Part shown: positions 1 to 9,053 of the stretch, piece by piece | How positions within the stretch are numbered: the stretch's first letter is position 1 | Layout of the letters: every line of letters starts with the position of its first letter | NCBI GenBank assembly: GCA_046483765.1 | Contig: JAWOCO010000383.1 | Location: 1 to 42,610 of the forward strand | DNA from: Alkalispirochaeta sp. | Lineage (GTDB): Bacteria > Spirochaetota > Spirochaetia > DSM-27196 > Alkalispirochaetaceae | DNA: 42,610 bases | Reading direction: 5' to 3' | Made by a program: the position numbers and the translations under genes | The notes under the pieces: generated by a model | Databases searched by the model: none | What the model was told of the DNA's origin: nothing | The model's input: only the letters and a program-made list of their open reading frames with translations

Positions 1-2319
1 CGCACCGAGACCAACATGCACGAGGTTGAGTCGGTTCTATCGGAGGTTAAGCGTTCCTACGATTCACTCAAGAAACAGGCGGACAAGACCAAGCGCTACC
101 GAGAGCTTCGGGAAGAACAGTTTGACCATGAAGTCACGCTACAACTGGCGCGACTGTCCCAGTTTCGCGGGCAATACGAGGATCACGAGCAGCGTGTGAC
201 CTCCCTGGATGCGCAACGGGGCGCGGTCAAGGGCGAGATCGATCGTTTGAACGAGCAGTTGGAGTCGGAGCTTGATCGAGTAAACACGATGGAGGGGCGG
301 CTGGTGGAGGTGCAAAAGCAACTCTACGGCCTGGGCGTCGAGAAAAGCTCACGCATGGAGCGAATCACCCTCATCAAGGAACAACGCTCTCAGCTTGAGG
401 ATCAGATCGAAAACGAACGGGGCCGCCTGAAATCTCTGGAGCGCAAAGCGGAAGAGATTCGTGCCGCCGGAGAGGCGGCCACAACCGCTGCGGAGCAGGC
501 GGAAACGCAGATCGCCGAGGCCGACGAGCAGATCGGTACCATCGAAGATCGGATTGCCCGGGCGCAGCAGCGGCAACGGGAAGCGCGCGAACAGATTGCC
601 ACCAACGATGAGACGATCGCCGCTAACGAGAAAGAGACTCAGGAATGTCAGCAGGAGCTTCGGGAGGTAACCGATGAACTCGTAACCGCCCTCGACACCA
701 AACTGCGGGAATCGGGCTATTCGAGCTCCGACCGCAAGCGGGCTGAGGAGGAGCTTACGGCTGCCCTGGAACACTTGCGCATAACCGTTCACGGACGTCG
801 GGATTCCGTGCTGGACCGGCTGAAGTTGCGGGACGGCAGGCGCGGGGACAGCGAGAGTGATGGTCTGACGGCTGCCGAGAACGCCTTCGCCGCGGTGGAT
901 GAGGGTTTGACCCAAGTCGTGACCGCGGTGGGCCGCTACCAGGAACGGATTCCGCGCTTTTTGGACGATTTTCTTGCCCCGGAAGGCACGATTACCCGTA
1001 AACGTTCGCTGGACGATCGCATCGAAAAGCTCAACGAGCATAACCGCCGCTTGCGAGAGCAAAACCGGGAGCTCTCCCGTGAAATTGAAGCGCTCCAGCA
1101 GACGATCGAAAAAGAGCGCAACAACCTGGAAGAGATGAAGATGAATCGCGTCCAGTTGCAGGGGCGCGCCGCCTCCTGGAAGGAAACCGCCGCTCGCCAT
1201 GCCCGGGAGTACGAGGATAACCGGCGGCAGAGTGAAGAACTCACCCGTCACATCGATCGCGATATCGAGCGGGGCCACGCCATGGATCAGCAAGTGGACG
1301 CGCTGCACGAGGAGCACGCCGACCTGGAGCGCCGGGAAACCGAACTGCGCACGGAGCTCAAGGCGCTGGAAGACAAGATCGCCGCTGATAATCGCAGTCT
1401 CAAGGATGAAGAGCAAAATCTGAAACAGAAAATGCAGGACCTGGCGCAGCTTCAGGAGAAACTGGAGGAGGTCCAGGTGCGTCTGGCCGAGAAGCGGACC
1501 GAGATCCGTGGCCTCTACGATAGCTTCTCCGAGCGGCACGGCCGCGATTTGCGAGAGTTCGAGTCTCGTGAGCTGTCGCCGGAGGTGGACCAGAAGGCGC
1601 TCCGGGAACAGATCGCGACGCTGCGCGCCGAACTGAAAGAGCTGGGCAGCGTCAACCTGATGGCAGTGGAGGAATTCGCCGAGATTGCCGATCGTTATGA
1701 GTTTCTTAACTCCCAACTCGAGGATCTGCGGTCAGCGCGCCACGACCTGGTTCAGGTGACCACCGAGATAAAGCGGGAGTCGGAGCAACTCTTCGTGGAG
1801 ACGTACAACCGGATTCGGAAGAACTTCCACACCGTGTTTCGGCGACTCTTCGGCGGAGGCCGCGCGGAACTGCGCCTTACCGATCCGGACAGTATCCTTG
1901 ATTCCGGGATCGATATTTTGGTGCAACCGCCGGGGAAAAAACTCGAGAACATCGCCCTGCTTTCCGGTGGTGAACGCAGCCTCACTGCGGTGGCGCTGCT
2001 CTTCGCAACGTTCATGGTTCGGCCTTCGCCCTTTACCTTGCTCGATGAGATTGACGCCGCCCTGGACGAACACAACGTCAGCCGCTTTGTGAACATGCTC
2101 CATGAGTTTGGCGAGCAGTCCCAGTTTATCGTCATCACCCACAACAAAAAGACCGTGGCCGGAGCGCGCACGCTTCTGGGCGTGACGATGCAGGAGAACG
2201 GTGTGAGTCAGGTGGTGGCGGTCAGGATCGACGGGAATGGAGTTGAACCGGAGGAAGAACCGGAGGGGCAGCCGGAGGTCTCCGAGGAACCGGCGCTGGA
2301 GTTTGAGGACTCTGAATGA
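1..2319 (+). CDS. smc: Chromosome segregation protein SMC (5'-truncated by window edge)
   Basis: Long coiled coils; C-terminal head with LGSVNL, signature LSGGERSLTA, Walker B/D-loop LLDEIDAALD and QFIVITH. The frame is open from position 1 and the Walker A half lies outside the window. Confidence 0.95.
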   Translation, partial: RTETNMHEVESVLSEVKRSYDSLKKQADKTKRYRELREEQFDHEVTLQLARLSQFRGQYEDHEQRVTSLDAQRGAVKGEIDRLNEQLESELDRVNTMEGRLVEVQKQLYGLGVEKSSRMERITLIKEQRSQLEDQIENERGRLKSLERKAEEIRAAGEAATTAAEQAETQIAEADEQIGTIEDRIARAQQRQREAREQIATNDETIAANEKETQECQQELREVTDELVTALDTKLRESGYSSSDRKRAEEELTAALEHLRITVHGRRDSVLDRLKLRDGRRGDSESDGLTAAENAFAAVDEGLTQVVTAVGRYQERIPRFLDDFLAPEGTITRKRSLDDRIEKLNEHNRRLREQNRELSREIEALQQTIEKERNNLEEMKMNRVQLQGRAASWKETAARHAREYEDNRRQSEELTRHIDRDIERGHAMDQQVDALHEEHADLERRETELRTELKALEDKIAADNRSLKDEEQNLKQKMQDLAQLQEKLEEVQVRLAEKRTEIRGLYDSFSERHGRDLREFESRELSPEVDQKALREQIATLRAELKELGSVNLMAVEEFAEIADRYEFLNSQLEDLRSARHDLVQVTTEIKRESEQLFVETYNRIRKNFHTVFRRLFGGGRAELRLTDPDSILDSGIDILVQPPGKKLENIALLSGGERSLTAVALLFATFMVRPSPFTLLDEIDAALDEHNVSRFVNMLHEFGEQSQFIVITHNKKTVAGARTLLGVTMQENGVSQVVAVRIDGNGVEPEEEPEGQPEVSEEPALEFEDSE

Positions 2320-2648
2320 AACGGTGGATCGTCTGGGCCGGTGGTGGCGCCTCGCTGATTTTGCTGCTCGCGGCGGCGCTCCTGCTATCTCGCGGAGACG
2401 AGCCGGAAGGTGGGGATCAGGCGGGCCGCTATACTGAGCGCGAGCTTATGATGCCGGGGGCCGCGTTTCAGTTTCCCCGCGTAGAGGACGAACTGCTCAC
2501 GCCCCAGATCCGCTCGGTTGTCGATCCGGAAGAACCCCTTTCCCGGGAGCGGGTGGACGCGTTGCAGATGGATACTCTGGAGGCGCTGTACACCGACCTC
2601 AATCCCCGGGTGGAGAATGCGGTGGAGGATCTTCTGTTTGAAGAGTGA
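2316..2648 (+). CDS. Hypothetical single-pass membrane protein
   Basis: ATGA overlap with the smc stop; N-terminal hydrophobic helix (WIVWAGGGASLILLLAAALLL). Confidence 0.75.
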   Translation: MKRWIVWAGGGASLILLLAAALLLSRGDEPEGGDQAGRYTERELMMPGAAFQFPRVEDELLTPQIRSVVDPEEPLSRERVDALQMDTLEALYTDLNPRVENAVEDLLFEE

Positions 2649-4179
2649 TCGAGCTGGACGTTCTGGTGCGATTCTTCTCGTTCTGACAGGCCTGTGGGCG
2701 CTCGTGGTTGGATGCGCCTCGCTGTCCTCCCAACCTGAGGATGACCGCGGCTCGGAGCAGCCGGCGTTTCCAGACCCCCCGCTGGAGATCGTCGGCGAGC
2801 CGGAACGTTCAGTCCCCGCGGGTGATGTTACGCATCTTCCCGACACGTCCCGCCTCGACCCGCAGTGGCGGACATCCTTACCGGAAGTGCCTACAGTTCC
2901 GGACGAGTCGGTGCGGGAGCGTCCTACGGCAGCACCGGCGGCGATCCTGGAGCCTCCGGCGGTTCCGGGACCTGTGGTGGGCCCCGCCTTATCACGCCTC
3001 GGCGCGGATGACCTCTCACGATCACACGTCTCAGGGCTGATGTCGCTCCCGGTACCATCCCCGCCTGCGGCGTTTCAGGAGCAGCCGCAGGTGGTGTTGC
3101 TCCCACCGCCGGCACGTTCACTGGTGGAGGGTGCCGAGGCTGAGGATGCCGTGGATGCCGCAGAGGCTGCGGAATCTGGCGAGCGTACGGAAGCCGCAGA
3201 GGCTACAGAAGCCGTGGATCCCGTCGAGCGGGCGGCTGTCGCCGAGCGCGGCAGCCCGGTGGCCACCCTGGACGATGCCGCCCTGCCGGAGCGCCCTGAC
3301 GTGGCGGCTGGAGAAACGCTCCCCCCGGGAGGCGCTGCCCCGGCGGAGCGCGGCGACCCCACGGATGACGGGCACTCCACCAGCGAAGAATCGGCGACTG
3401 CCCCGGCGTCTCGCTCGGCGGCGGCCTCAGCTCGCTCAACGCAACCCTCCAACCCCGCGGCGACCGCGAGCCGGCCCCCGCGGGAGGACACCTCCGGCGA
3501 GCGCCGGGTCGATCCGGGCCAGCCGTTTGAGGTTGCGCTTCCGGGTAGGGGATGGGTATATCTCGGTGGCGGTGACGAGCTGCAGTTCCTTGACCGAACG
3601 ACGCAGGAGGGAGACGTGGTGTTCTCCTTTCGGGGGCCCGCCGCCGATACCGGATCCACGGAACCTACTACGTTGGAGTTTGAATCCCAGGACCTTGCTA
3701 CCGGTCGTCGCACGCGCCACGAAGAGCGAGTTCTCGTGGCTGAGGGGGGTGACTCCGCCTCCGCGGGGGACGGCCGGCAGCCGGAGGGCAACGCCGCTGG
3801 GGAGGATGCCGACGCCGCCGGGGCGGGCGGGGCATCCGAGGAAGAGGCCGCCGCCGTGGGCGCAGGTGGCGTTCCGACGGACCTGGCACAGGCCGATTAT
3901 GCGGAACTGCTTGCGCGAGTTGATGACCTGGAGGCCGCTGGTGACCACCAGGGCGCCGTCGATCTTTTGGAAGCGATGAGACGGGAAGGAATGGGTCGTG
4001 ATGATGAACTCATTATGCGGCTGGCTCAGCTGTATGAGTCGGAGTGGAGCGGCCGTGACCTGCCACATGCGCGCGAGCTGTACCACAGGGTGGTGGATAA
4101 CTATCCCTTGAGCCGGTGGCGTGGGCCCGCGCGGGAGCGAATTGAGTACCTGAATCGTCATTTCTTCCATATTCGATGA
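2638..4179 (+). CDS. Putative lipoprotein with Pro/Ala/Glu-rich linker and C-terminal TPR-like domain
   Basis: TTG at 2638 follows GGAGG; signal peptide ends in lipobox-like LVVGC; C-terminal helical repeat ARELYHRVVDNYPLSRW resembles YbgF/BamD-type TPRs. Confidence 0.75.
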   Translation: MKSDRAGRSGAILLVLTGLWALVVGCASLSSQPEDDRGSEQPAFPDPPLEIVGEPERSVPAGDVTHLPDTSRLDPQWRTSLPEVPTVPDESVRERPTAAPAAILEPPAVPGPVVGPALSRLGADDLSRSHVSGLMSLPVPSPPAAFQEQPQVVLLPPPARSLVEGAEAEDAVDAAEAAESGERTEAAEATEAVDPVERAAVAERGSPVATLDDAALPERPDVAAGETLPPGGAAPAERGDPTDDGHSTSEESATAPASRSAAASARSTQPSNPAATASRPPREDTSGERRVDPGQPFEVALPGRGWVYLGGGDELQFLDRTTQEGDVVFSFRGPAADTGSTEPTTLEFESQDLATGRRTRHEERVLVAEGGDSASAGDGRQPEGNAAGEDADAAGAGGASEEEAAAVGAGGVPTDLAQADYAELLARVDDLEAAGDHQGAVDLLEAMRREGMGRDDELIMRLAQLYESEWSGRDLPHARELYHRVVDNYPLSRWRGPARERIEYLNRHFFHIR

Positions 4180-4208
4180 TTGACATGGCCCTTCGGATTT
4201 CCTATAAC
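4180..4208 (+). promoter_or_regulatory. Sigma70-type promoter of the ffh operon
   Basis: TTGACA(4180-4185)-17 nt-TATAAC(4203-4208). Confidence 0.7.
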
Positions 4209-4236
4209 TATCGTTCGACTCGTTGGATAATAACCT

Positions 4237-5571
4237 ATGCTTGACAAATTGAGTGACCGTCTTACAGATAGCATGCGCTCCATCTCCGGTAAGAACCGCA
4301 TCACGGAAAAGAACGTCCAGGATGTAGTTGAGGAGATTAAAGTAGCGCTGCTTGAAGCGGACGTGAGTCTGAAGGTAGTGCGGCGCTTCGTGAGTCGCAC
4401 GCTCCGGGAAGCAACCGGTGAAGCGGTGCTTCGATCGGTAACTCCAGGCCAGCAGTTTGTAAAGGTCGTCAGCGATAAGCTCGTGGAGTTTCTCGGCGAC
4501 GAGCGGCAGGATCTCAATCTGCGCGGACCTGATGTGGTCAGCGTTATCCTGTTCGCCGGTCTTCAAGGATCGGGAAAGACCACCACCGCGGCGAAGCTGG
4601 CGCGTCGGCTGGCACGTGAAGGACGTAAGCCGCTGTTGGTGGCGGCAGATCTCGTGAGACCCGCGGCGGTCGACCAGCTGCAGCAGCTCGGTGAGCAGAT
4701 CGGAATCGCGGTGCACGCCGTCCCCGGTAGTTCTGATCCCGTGGCGGTGGTGAAAGGTGCTCAGAAACGCGCCAAGAAGGAGCTCTTCGATACGCTGATT
4801 ATCGATACTGCGGGACGGATGCAGATCGATACAGCGCTTATGGAGGAGATCCGAGCCGTTTCCAAGGTGGCCAAACCCGATGAGCGCCTGCTGGTTGCTG
4901 ACGCGATGACCGGTCAGAATGCGGTGGAAGTTGCCAAGGCGTTTCACGAAGAGCTTGAGCTCACCGGGGTCATCCTGAGCAAGTTTGACAGCGACACCCG
5001 CGGGGGAGCCGCGCTCTCCATTAAGACGATCGCCGGAACACCGATCAAGTTCATCGGTACCGGCGAGAAACCGGACGACCTGGAGCCGTTCTATCCGGAT
5101 CGAATCGCATCCCGAATTCTGGGAATGGGCGATGTCGTTTCGCTGGTCGAAAAGGCTCAGGAAACGATCGATGAAGACGAGGCGCTTCGCATCCAGCAGA
5201 AGATGGCAGGTGCCACCTTCACGCTGGAAGATTATTTGGAGCAGTTTCAGCGGGTGCAGAAAATGGGGTCGGTACAGTCCCTGTTGGAGATGATTCCCGG
5301 TATGAAAGGTAACGTCGACCCGGATCAGGTCGATATGAGCCAAATGAAACGGGAAGAGGCGATTATTTTGTCGATGACGCTGGAAGAGCGAAGAAATCAT
5401 CGCTTGATAGGAACGTCTCGTCGGAAGCGGATTGCCAAGGGTAGTGGTTCGTCGGTCTTTGAGGTGAACCAGCTGTTAAAGCGGTTTGACAAGATGCGAT
5501 CGATGATGAAGAAGATGACCAAGAATAAGAAATATCAGGCTCAGCTCATGCAGCAGATGGGTCAGATGTAG
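4237..5571 (+). CDS. ffh: Signal recognition particle protein Ffh
   Basis: ALLEADV, GLQGSGKTTT, DTAGR, RIASRILGMGD, Met-rich M domain with RIAKGSG. Confidence 0.98.
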   Translation: MLDKLSDRLTDSMRSISGKNRITEKNVQDVVEEIKVALLEADVSLKVVRRFVSRTLREATGEAVLRSVTPGQQFVKVVSDKLVEFLGDERQDLNLRGPDVVSVILFAGLQGSGKTTTAAKLARRLAREGRKPLLVAADLVRPAAVDQLQQLGEQIGIAVHAVPGSSDPVAVVKGAQKRAKKELFDTLIIDTAGRMQIDTALMEEIRAVSKVAKPDERLLVADAMTGQNAVEVAKAFHEELELTGVILSKFDSDTRGGAALSIKTIAGTPIKFIGTGEKPDDLEPFYPDRIASRILGMGDVVSLVEKAQETIDEDEALRIQQKMAGATFTLEDYLEQFQRVQKMGSVQSLLEMIPGMKGNVDPDQVDMSQMKREEAIILSMTLEERRNHRLIGTSRRKRIAKGSGSSVFEVNQLLKRFDKMRSMMKKMTKNKKYQAQLMQQMGQM

Positions 5572-5589
5572 GAACTCAGGAGGAATTGA

Positions 5590-5844
5590 ATGAGCACCAA
5601 GATTAGACTGAAACGGTTCGGCACCAAGAAGCGCCCCTTCTACCGAATTGTAGTTATTGACTCGCACGCCGCCCGTGATGGTCGCGCCCTGGAAGAGGTG
5701 GGAATCTACCACCCGATCGCTGAACAGGCGGAGAACCAGGTGCGGTTTGACGAGGAAAAGGTTCGGGCATGGCTCGCAAAAGGCGCCCAACCCACGCGGA
5801 CCGTGCGGAAGCTTCTAAACCGCAATAATGTGACATTGGGCTGA
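5590..5844 (+). CDS. rpsP: 30S ribosomal protein S16
   Basis: [19 protein letters not shown]...GAQPT; SD AGGAGG. Confidence 0.98.
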   Translation: MSTKIRLKRFGTKKRPFYRIVVIDSHAARDGRALEEVGIYHPIAEQAENQVRFDEEKVRAWLAKGAQPTRTVRKLLNRNNVTLG

Positions 5845-5859
5845 AGGCGCTAAGTCAGT

Positions 5860-6111
5860 ATGGAAGATACAGTTGATCTCGAACGAGATCTCGTTGAATA
5901 CATTGCGAAAGCGCTGGTGGATGAGCCTGACCATGTTCAAGTGAACATGATTGAAGGCGAAAAATCCACGATTCTTGAGCTTTCGGTGGCCTCCGATGAT
6001 ATCGGCAAGGTGATTGGTAAGCACGGGCGCATTGCCAAAGCGGTACGGACGGTACTGGCGGCGGTCTCCACGCGTACGGGAAAGCGTATCGTCCTGGAGA
6101 TTCTGGATTAA
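5860..6111 (+). CDS. khpA: KH-domain RNA-binding protein (KhpA/YlqC family)
   Basis: DIGKVIGKHGRIAKAVR (GxxG loop); canonical position between rpsP and rimM. Confidence 0.92.
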   Translation: MEDTVDLERDLVEYIAKALVDEPDHVQVNMIEGEKSTILELSVASDDIGKVIGKHGRIAKAVRTVLAAVSTRTGKRIVLEILD

Positions 6112-6123
6112 GCTCCGAGTGCC

Positions 6124-6636
6124 ATGGAAGACCTGATCATCGGTGTTCTGGGAAGGCCGCACGGGGTACACGGTGCACTGCGCATCCGATCCTACTCAGA
6201 TGAAGTCGATCATTTCCTGAATCTGACGGAGCTGTCCCTGGAAAAGGACGGCCGTCGTCGTTCAGTCCCGGTGCGAGAGATGAAGGTTCACGACAGGACA
6301 CCGGTGGTATTCCTGGAGGGAATAACCTCTCCGGAAGAGGCTCAGGCATACACCGGGTGGCAGATTCGGGTTCCCCGGGACCGGGCAGCGCCCCTGGAAG
6401 AGGGTGAGTACTACTTCGCGGATCTCGTGGGGTCGTCAGTGCACAGTGACAACGGCTCTCACGGTACGGTGGTGGCGGTTGTGGAAGCGCCACAGGCGCC
6501 ATTGCTCGAGATCAGATCGGATGATCCTGCCGTGAAACCGGCGTTCGTGCCGTTTATGCAGGTCTATGTGCGGAGCGTAGATACGCAAGCAAAACGGATC
6601 ATCTTGGAGACACCGTGGATTCTCGATATAGAATAA
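6124..6636 (+). CDS. rimM: 16S rRNA processing protein RimM
   Basis: GRPHGVHGAL and EGEYYFADLVG motifs; operon context. Confidence 0.95.
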   Translation: MEDLIIGVLGRPHGVHGALRIRSYSDEVDHFLNLTELSLEKDGRRRSVPVREMKVHDRTPVVFLEGITSPEEAQAYTGWQIRVPRDRAAPLEEGEYYFADLVGSSVHSDNGSHGTVVAVVEAPQAPLLEIRSDDPAVKPAFVPFMQVYVRSVDTQAKRIILETPWILDIE

Positions 6637-7349
6637 CGGTGCTCACGCTCTTTCCCGAGCTTGTGGAGCAGTATTTTGCTACATCGATCGTCGGTAAGGC
6701 GGTGGATCGAGGCGCGTTGACCCCGGAAGTGGTCAACATCCGGGATTTCGCCACTGATCGGCATCGAACGTGTGATGACGCGCCGTACGGCGGCGGTGCC
6801 GGTATGGTCCTCTTGCCCGAGCCGCTGGGGCGAGCGCTGGACTCGGTTGACGCGGAGCACCGGCATGTGGTATTTCCAAGCCCTTCCGGGAAACCGTTTA
6901 CGCAGGCTGCTGCGAAACGTTTGTCGGAAATGGATGGCATGGTGCTGATCTGTGGTCGATACGAGGGGATTGACCAGAGAATCATCGACCATTACGTGGA
7001 TGAGGAGCTTTCCATTGGGGACTACGTCTTATCCTCGGGAGAGCTGGCATCGATGGTGATTATTGATGCGATGTATCGATTGCGGGAAGGAATGCTTCGA
7101 CCGGAGAGCATTTCTGATGAAAGTTTTCAGGACGGCCTGCTTGAGTATCCGCACTATACGCGGCCTGAGGAGTATCGGGGACGGAAAGTCCCTGAGGTGC
7201 TCACCTCAGGACACCACGCCCACATTACTGCGTGGCGACGACAACAAAAACTGATTAGGACGGCCCGCAACCGTCGTGATCTGTTGGAGCAGGCGGATCT
7301 GAGTCCGGATGAGTATCGAGTTGTACAAGATTTGCTGGAGAAGGAGTAG
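6615..7349 (+). CDS. trmD: tRNA (guanine37-N1)-methyltransferase
   Basis: TLFPE, DDAPYGGGAGM, CGRYEGIDQR, SIGDYVLSSGE, LLEYPHYTRP; GTG start overlaps rimM. Confidence 0.98.
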   Translation: MDSRYRITVLTLFPELVEQYFATSIVGKAVDRGALTPEVVNIRDFATDRHRTCDDAPYGGGAGMVLLPEPLGRALDSVDAEHRHVVFPSPSGKPFTQAAAKRLSEMDGMVLICGRYEGIDQRIIDHYVDEELSIGDYVLSSGELASMVIIDAMYRLREGMLRPESISDESFQDGLLEYPHYTRPEEYRGRKVPEVLTSGHHAHITAWRRQQKLIRTARNRRDLLEQADLSPDEYRVVQDLLEKE

Positions 7350-7352
7350 AAA

Positions 7353-7709
7353 ATGGATGCGATAAAGACGGTTGAAGCGCGACATATGAAAGATGAGGCC
7401 GAGACGTATCGGATCGGCGATACGGTGAAAGTCCACTTTCGCATCGTTGAAGGAAAGACGGAACGGATCCAGATCTATGAAGGCTTGGTAATCGCAGAGA
7501 AGAACGCCGGCATTCGTCGTTCGATTACCGTCCGCAAGATGAGTTACGGTGTCGGTGTAGAGCGGGTCTTTCCGGTGCACAGTCCTCGGGTTCAGCGTAT
7601 CGAGGTTGTTCGTCGCGGACGCGTCCGTCGTGCCAAGCTGTACTACATCCGAGATCGGGTCGGTAAAGCGGCCAAGGTTCCGGAGCTGATCAAGAAAAAG
7701 GGCACCTGA
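7353..7709 (+). CDS. rplS: 50S ribosomal protein L19
   Basis: [28 protein letters not shown]. Confidence 0.98.
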   Translation: MDAIKTVEARHMKDEAETYRIGDTVKVHFRIVEGKTERIQIYEGLVIAEKNAGIRRSITVRKMSYGVGVERVFPVHSPRVQRIEVVRRGRVRRAKLYYIRDRVGKAAKVPELIKKKGT

Positions 7710-7720
7710 CCCAGGAACCA

Positions 7721-8770
7721 ATGATAACACCGGAGGCGGGGAGTGTTGGATTTCCTGCGCGCCTCGTGGGGGGCCGTACCACTGCGGCTTCCCTGCGCTC
7801 CGGTGCAGTGGTAACTCTCCGTACCGAATTCAGCAGTTTCACCGGCCGCTTAGAACTGGTCGGTCCCACTATGCGGTTGGCCCCCACCACGTCCGTGGAG
7901 ATTCCGGTGGGAACCACCGTTCGGCTGCTTGTCGTGGCAACTACGCCTCAGCTCCGGCTTAAACTGCTTCCTGACTCGCTACCCTTAACTACCACGGGTG
8001 ACTCTGGTTCGAGTTCCGGGTCGCGGCACGCCATGAGCGCCTTGGGTCTGAATCGTAGCGTTGGAGTAGAGGAGCTCGTCCGAGCCCTGATAAACTCACA
8101 CCGGGAACTGTCACCGGAGCTCGTGAGGAGGCTCGCCGGGAGGATCGGACAGGACCTTCCGCAGCGGCTGCGGCAACGACGCGCTCGCGTTCTGGTGGAA
8201 CTTGCCGACCGGGAGATGGAGCCCGACGGGGAGTCTGATTCGGGGGAAGAGCTAATTTCGCTGCTCACCGATGGGCGGTGGAGTTCCGGGGGACACGGGG
8301 ATCGCCGTCAGCCGGGTGAACGACCCGCTTCGCACCAACGCCTCACCTCACTTCAATCGTTTTTGAGCCGTGCTACCGCGACGCCGTCTCATTCCCTCCA
8401 ACTGTTCAACTACCTACGGAGCACCGGCGACCTGCATTGGGTGGTAGTTCCCGTGGGGGCGCGCCAATCCGAATCATCCACCACCGGGACACTCCGCGTA
8501 GGAATCGATCGCCGAAACCAGACTCCCAAGGAAGCAACCCTGGCCCTCAGCGTCGGTTCGGGGGTGTGGTGGTTCTCATGGAAGATGGGAGCGGACGGAG
8601 CCCGCCTGTCCGCCTGGGAAGTTGAAGGAGATGCCCCGCAGATCCCGGAATCCCTACTTGCCCGGATGGGCGGAAGACGCCATACTAATAGTAATCGGTA
8701 TCAAAATGGAGATGGTTTTTCCGGAACGTCTTCAGAGGTAAATAAGCTGGGAGTTGATGAGTATGGATAA
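7721..8770 (+). CDS. Hypothetical protein, possibly FliK C-terminal-like (YlqG-type)
   Basis: Long ORF overlapping the FlhB-C gene; C-terminal helix plus beta-strand pattern (LQLFNYL..HWVVVPV..GTLRVGI..ATLAL). The FliK resemblance comes from context only. Confidence 0.55.
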   Translation: MITPEAGSVGFPARLVGGRTTAASLRSGAVVTLRTEFSSFTGRLELVGPTMRLAPTTSVEIPVGTTVRLLVVATTPQLRLKLLPDSLPLTTTGDSGSSSGSRHAMSALGLNRSVGVEELVRALINSHRELSPELVRRLAGRIGQDLPQRLRQRRARVLVELADREMEPDGESDSGEELISLLTDGRWSSGGHGDRRQPGERPASHQRLTSLQSFLSRATATPSHSLQLFNYLRSTGDLHWVVVPVGARQSESSTTGTLRVGIDRRNQTPKEATLALSVGSGVWWFSWKMGADGARLSAWEVEGDAPQIPESLLARMGGRRHTNSNRYQNGDGFSGTSSEVNKLGVDEYG

Positions 8771-9053
8771 ACCCGCGGCCGCTGCGATTCGGTATGACGA
8801 TTCGCTTCCGGCGCCATTTGTGTTGGCTTCGGGTCGCGGAGATGCGGCTCGGCGACTCCTGGATGTGGCTCGACGGCATGGGGTTCCGGTGACGGAAGTG
8901 CCGGAGCTGGCGGAGCGACTAGTGATGTTAGATCCAGGAACGGTGATACCGGAGTCACTTTTCGTTCCTGTAGCCGAAGTCCTTTCGTTCGTTCTTGCAA
9001 TGGACGAGAATGTAAGACAGATAAGAAACAATGAAAAAAATATCGGTCAGTGA
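8763..9053 (+). CDS. Stand-alone FlhB/EscU/YscU cytoplasmic-domain protein (FlhX/YlqH-like)
   Basis: AAAIRY..APFVLASGRG..A..I..ARRHGVP..LA..L..IPESLF..VAEVL matches the FlhB-CC fragment; no TM segments and no NPTH. Confidence 0.88.
   Translation: MDKPAAAAIRYDDSLPAPFVLASGRGDAARRLLDVARRHGVPVTEVPELAERLVMLDPGTVIPESLFVPVAEVLSFVLAMDENVRQIRNNEKNIGQ

Noticed and set aside
349-5400. Long antisense ORFs (349-1716, 3436-5400 and similar ones across the window)
   Set aside because: They mirror well-supported genes in GC-rich DNA and show no recognisable motifs.
8997-9024. Possible sigma28 promoter for the HD-GYP gene (GCAA-N16-ACAGATAA)
   Set aside because: Both boxes match poorly and the site lies within an overlapping coding region.
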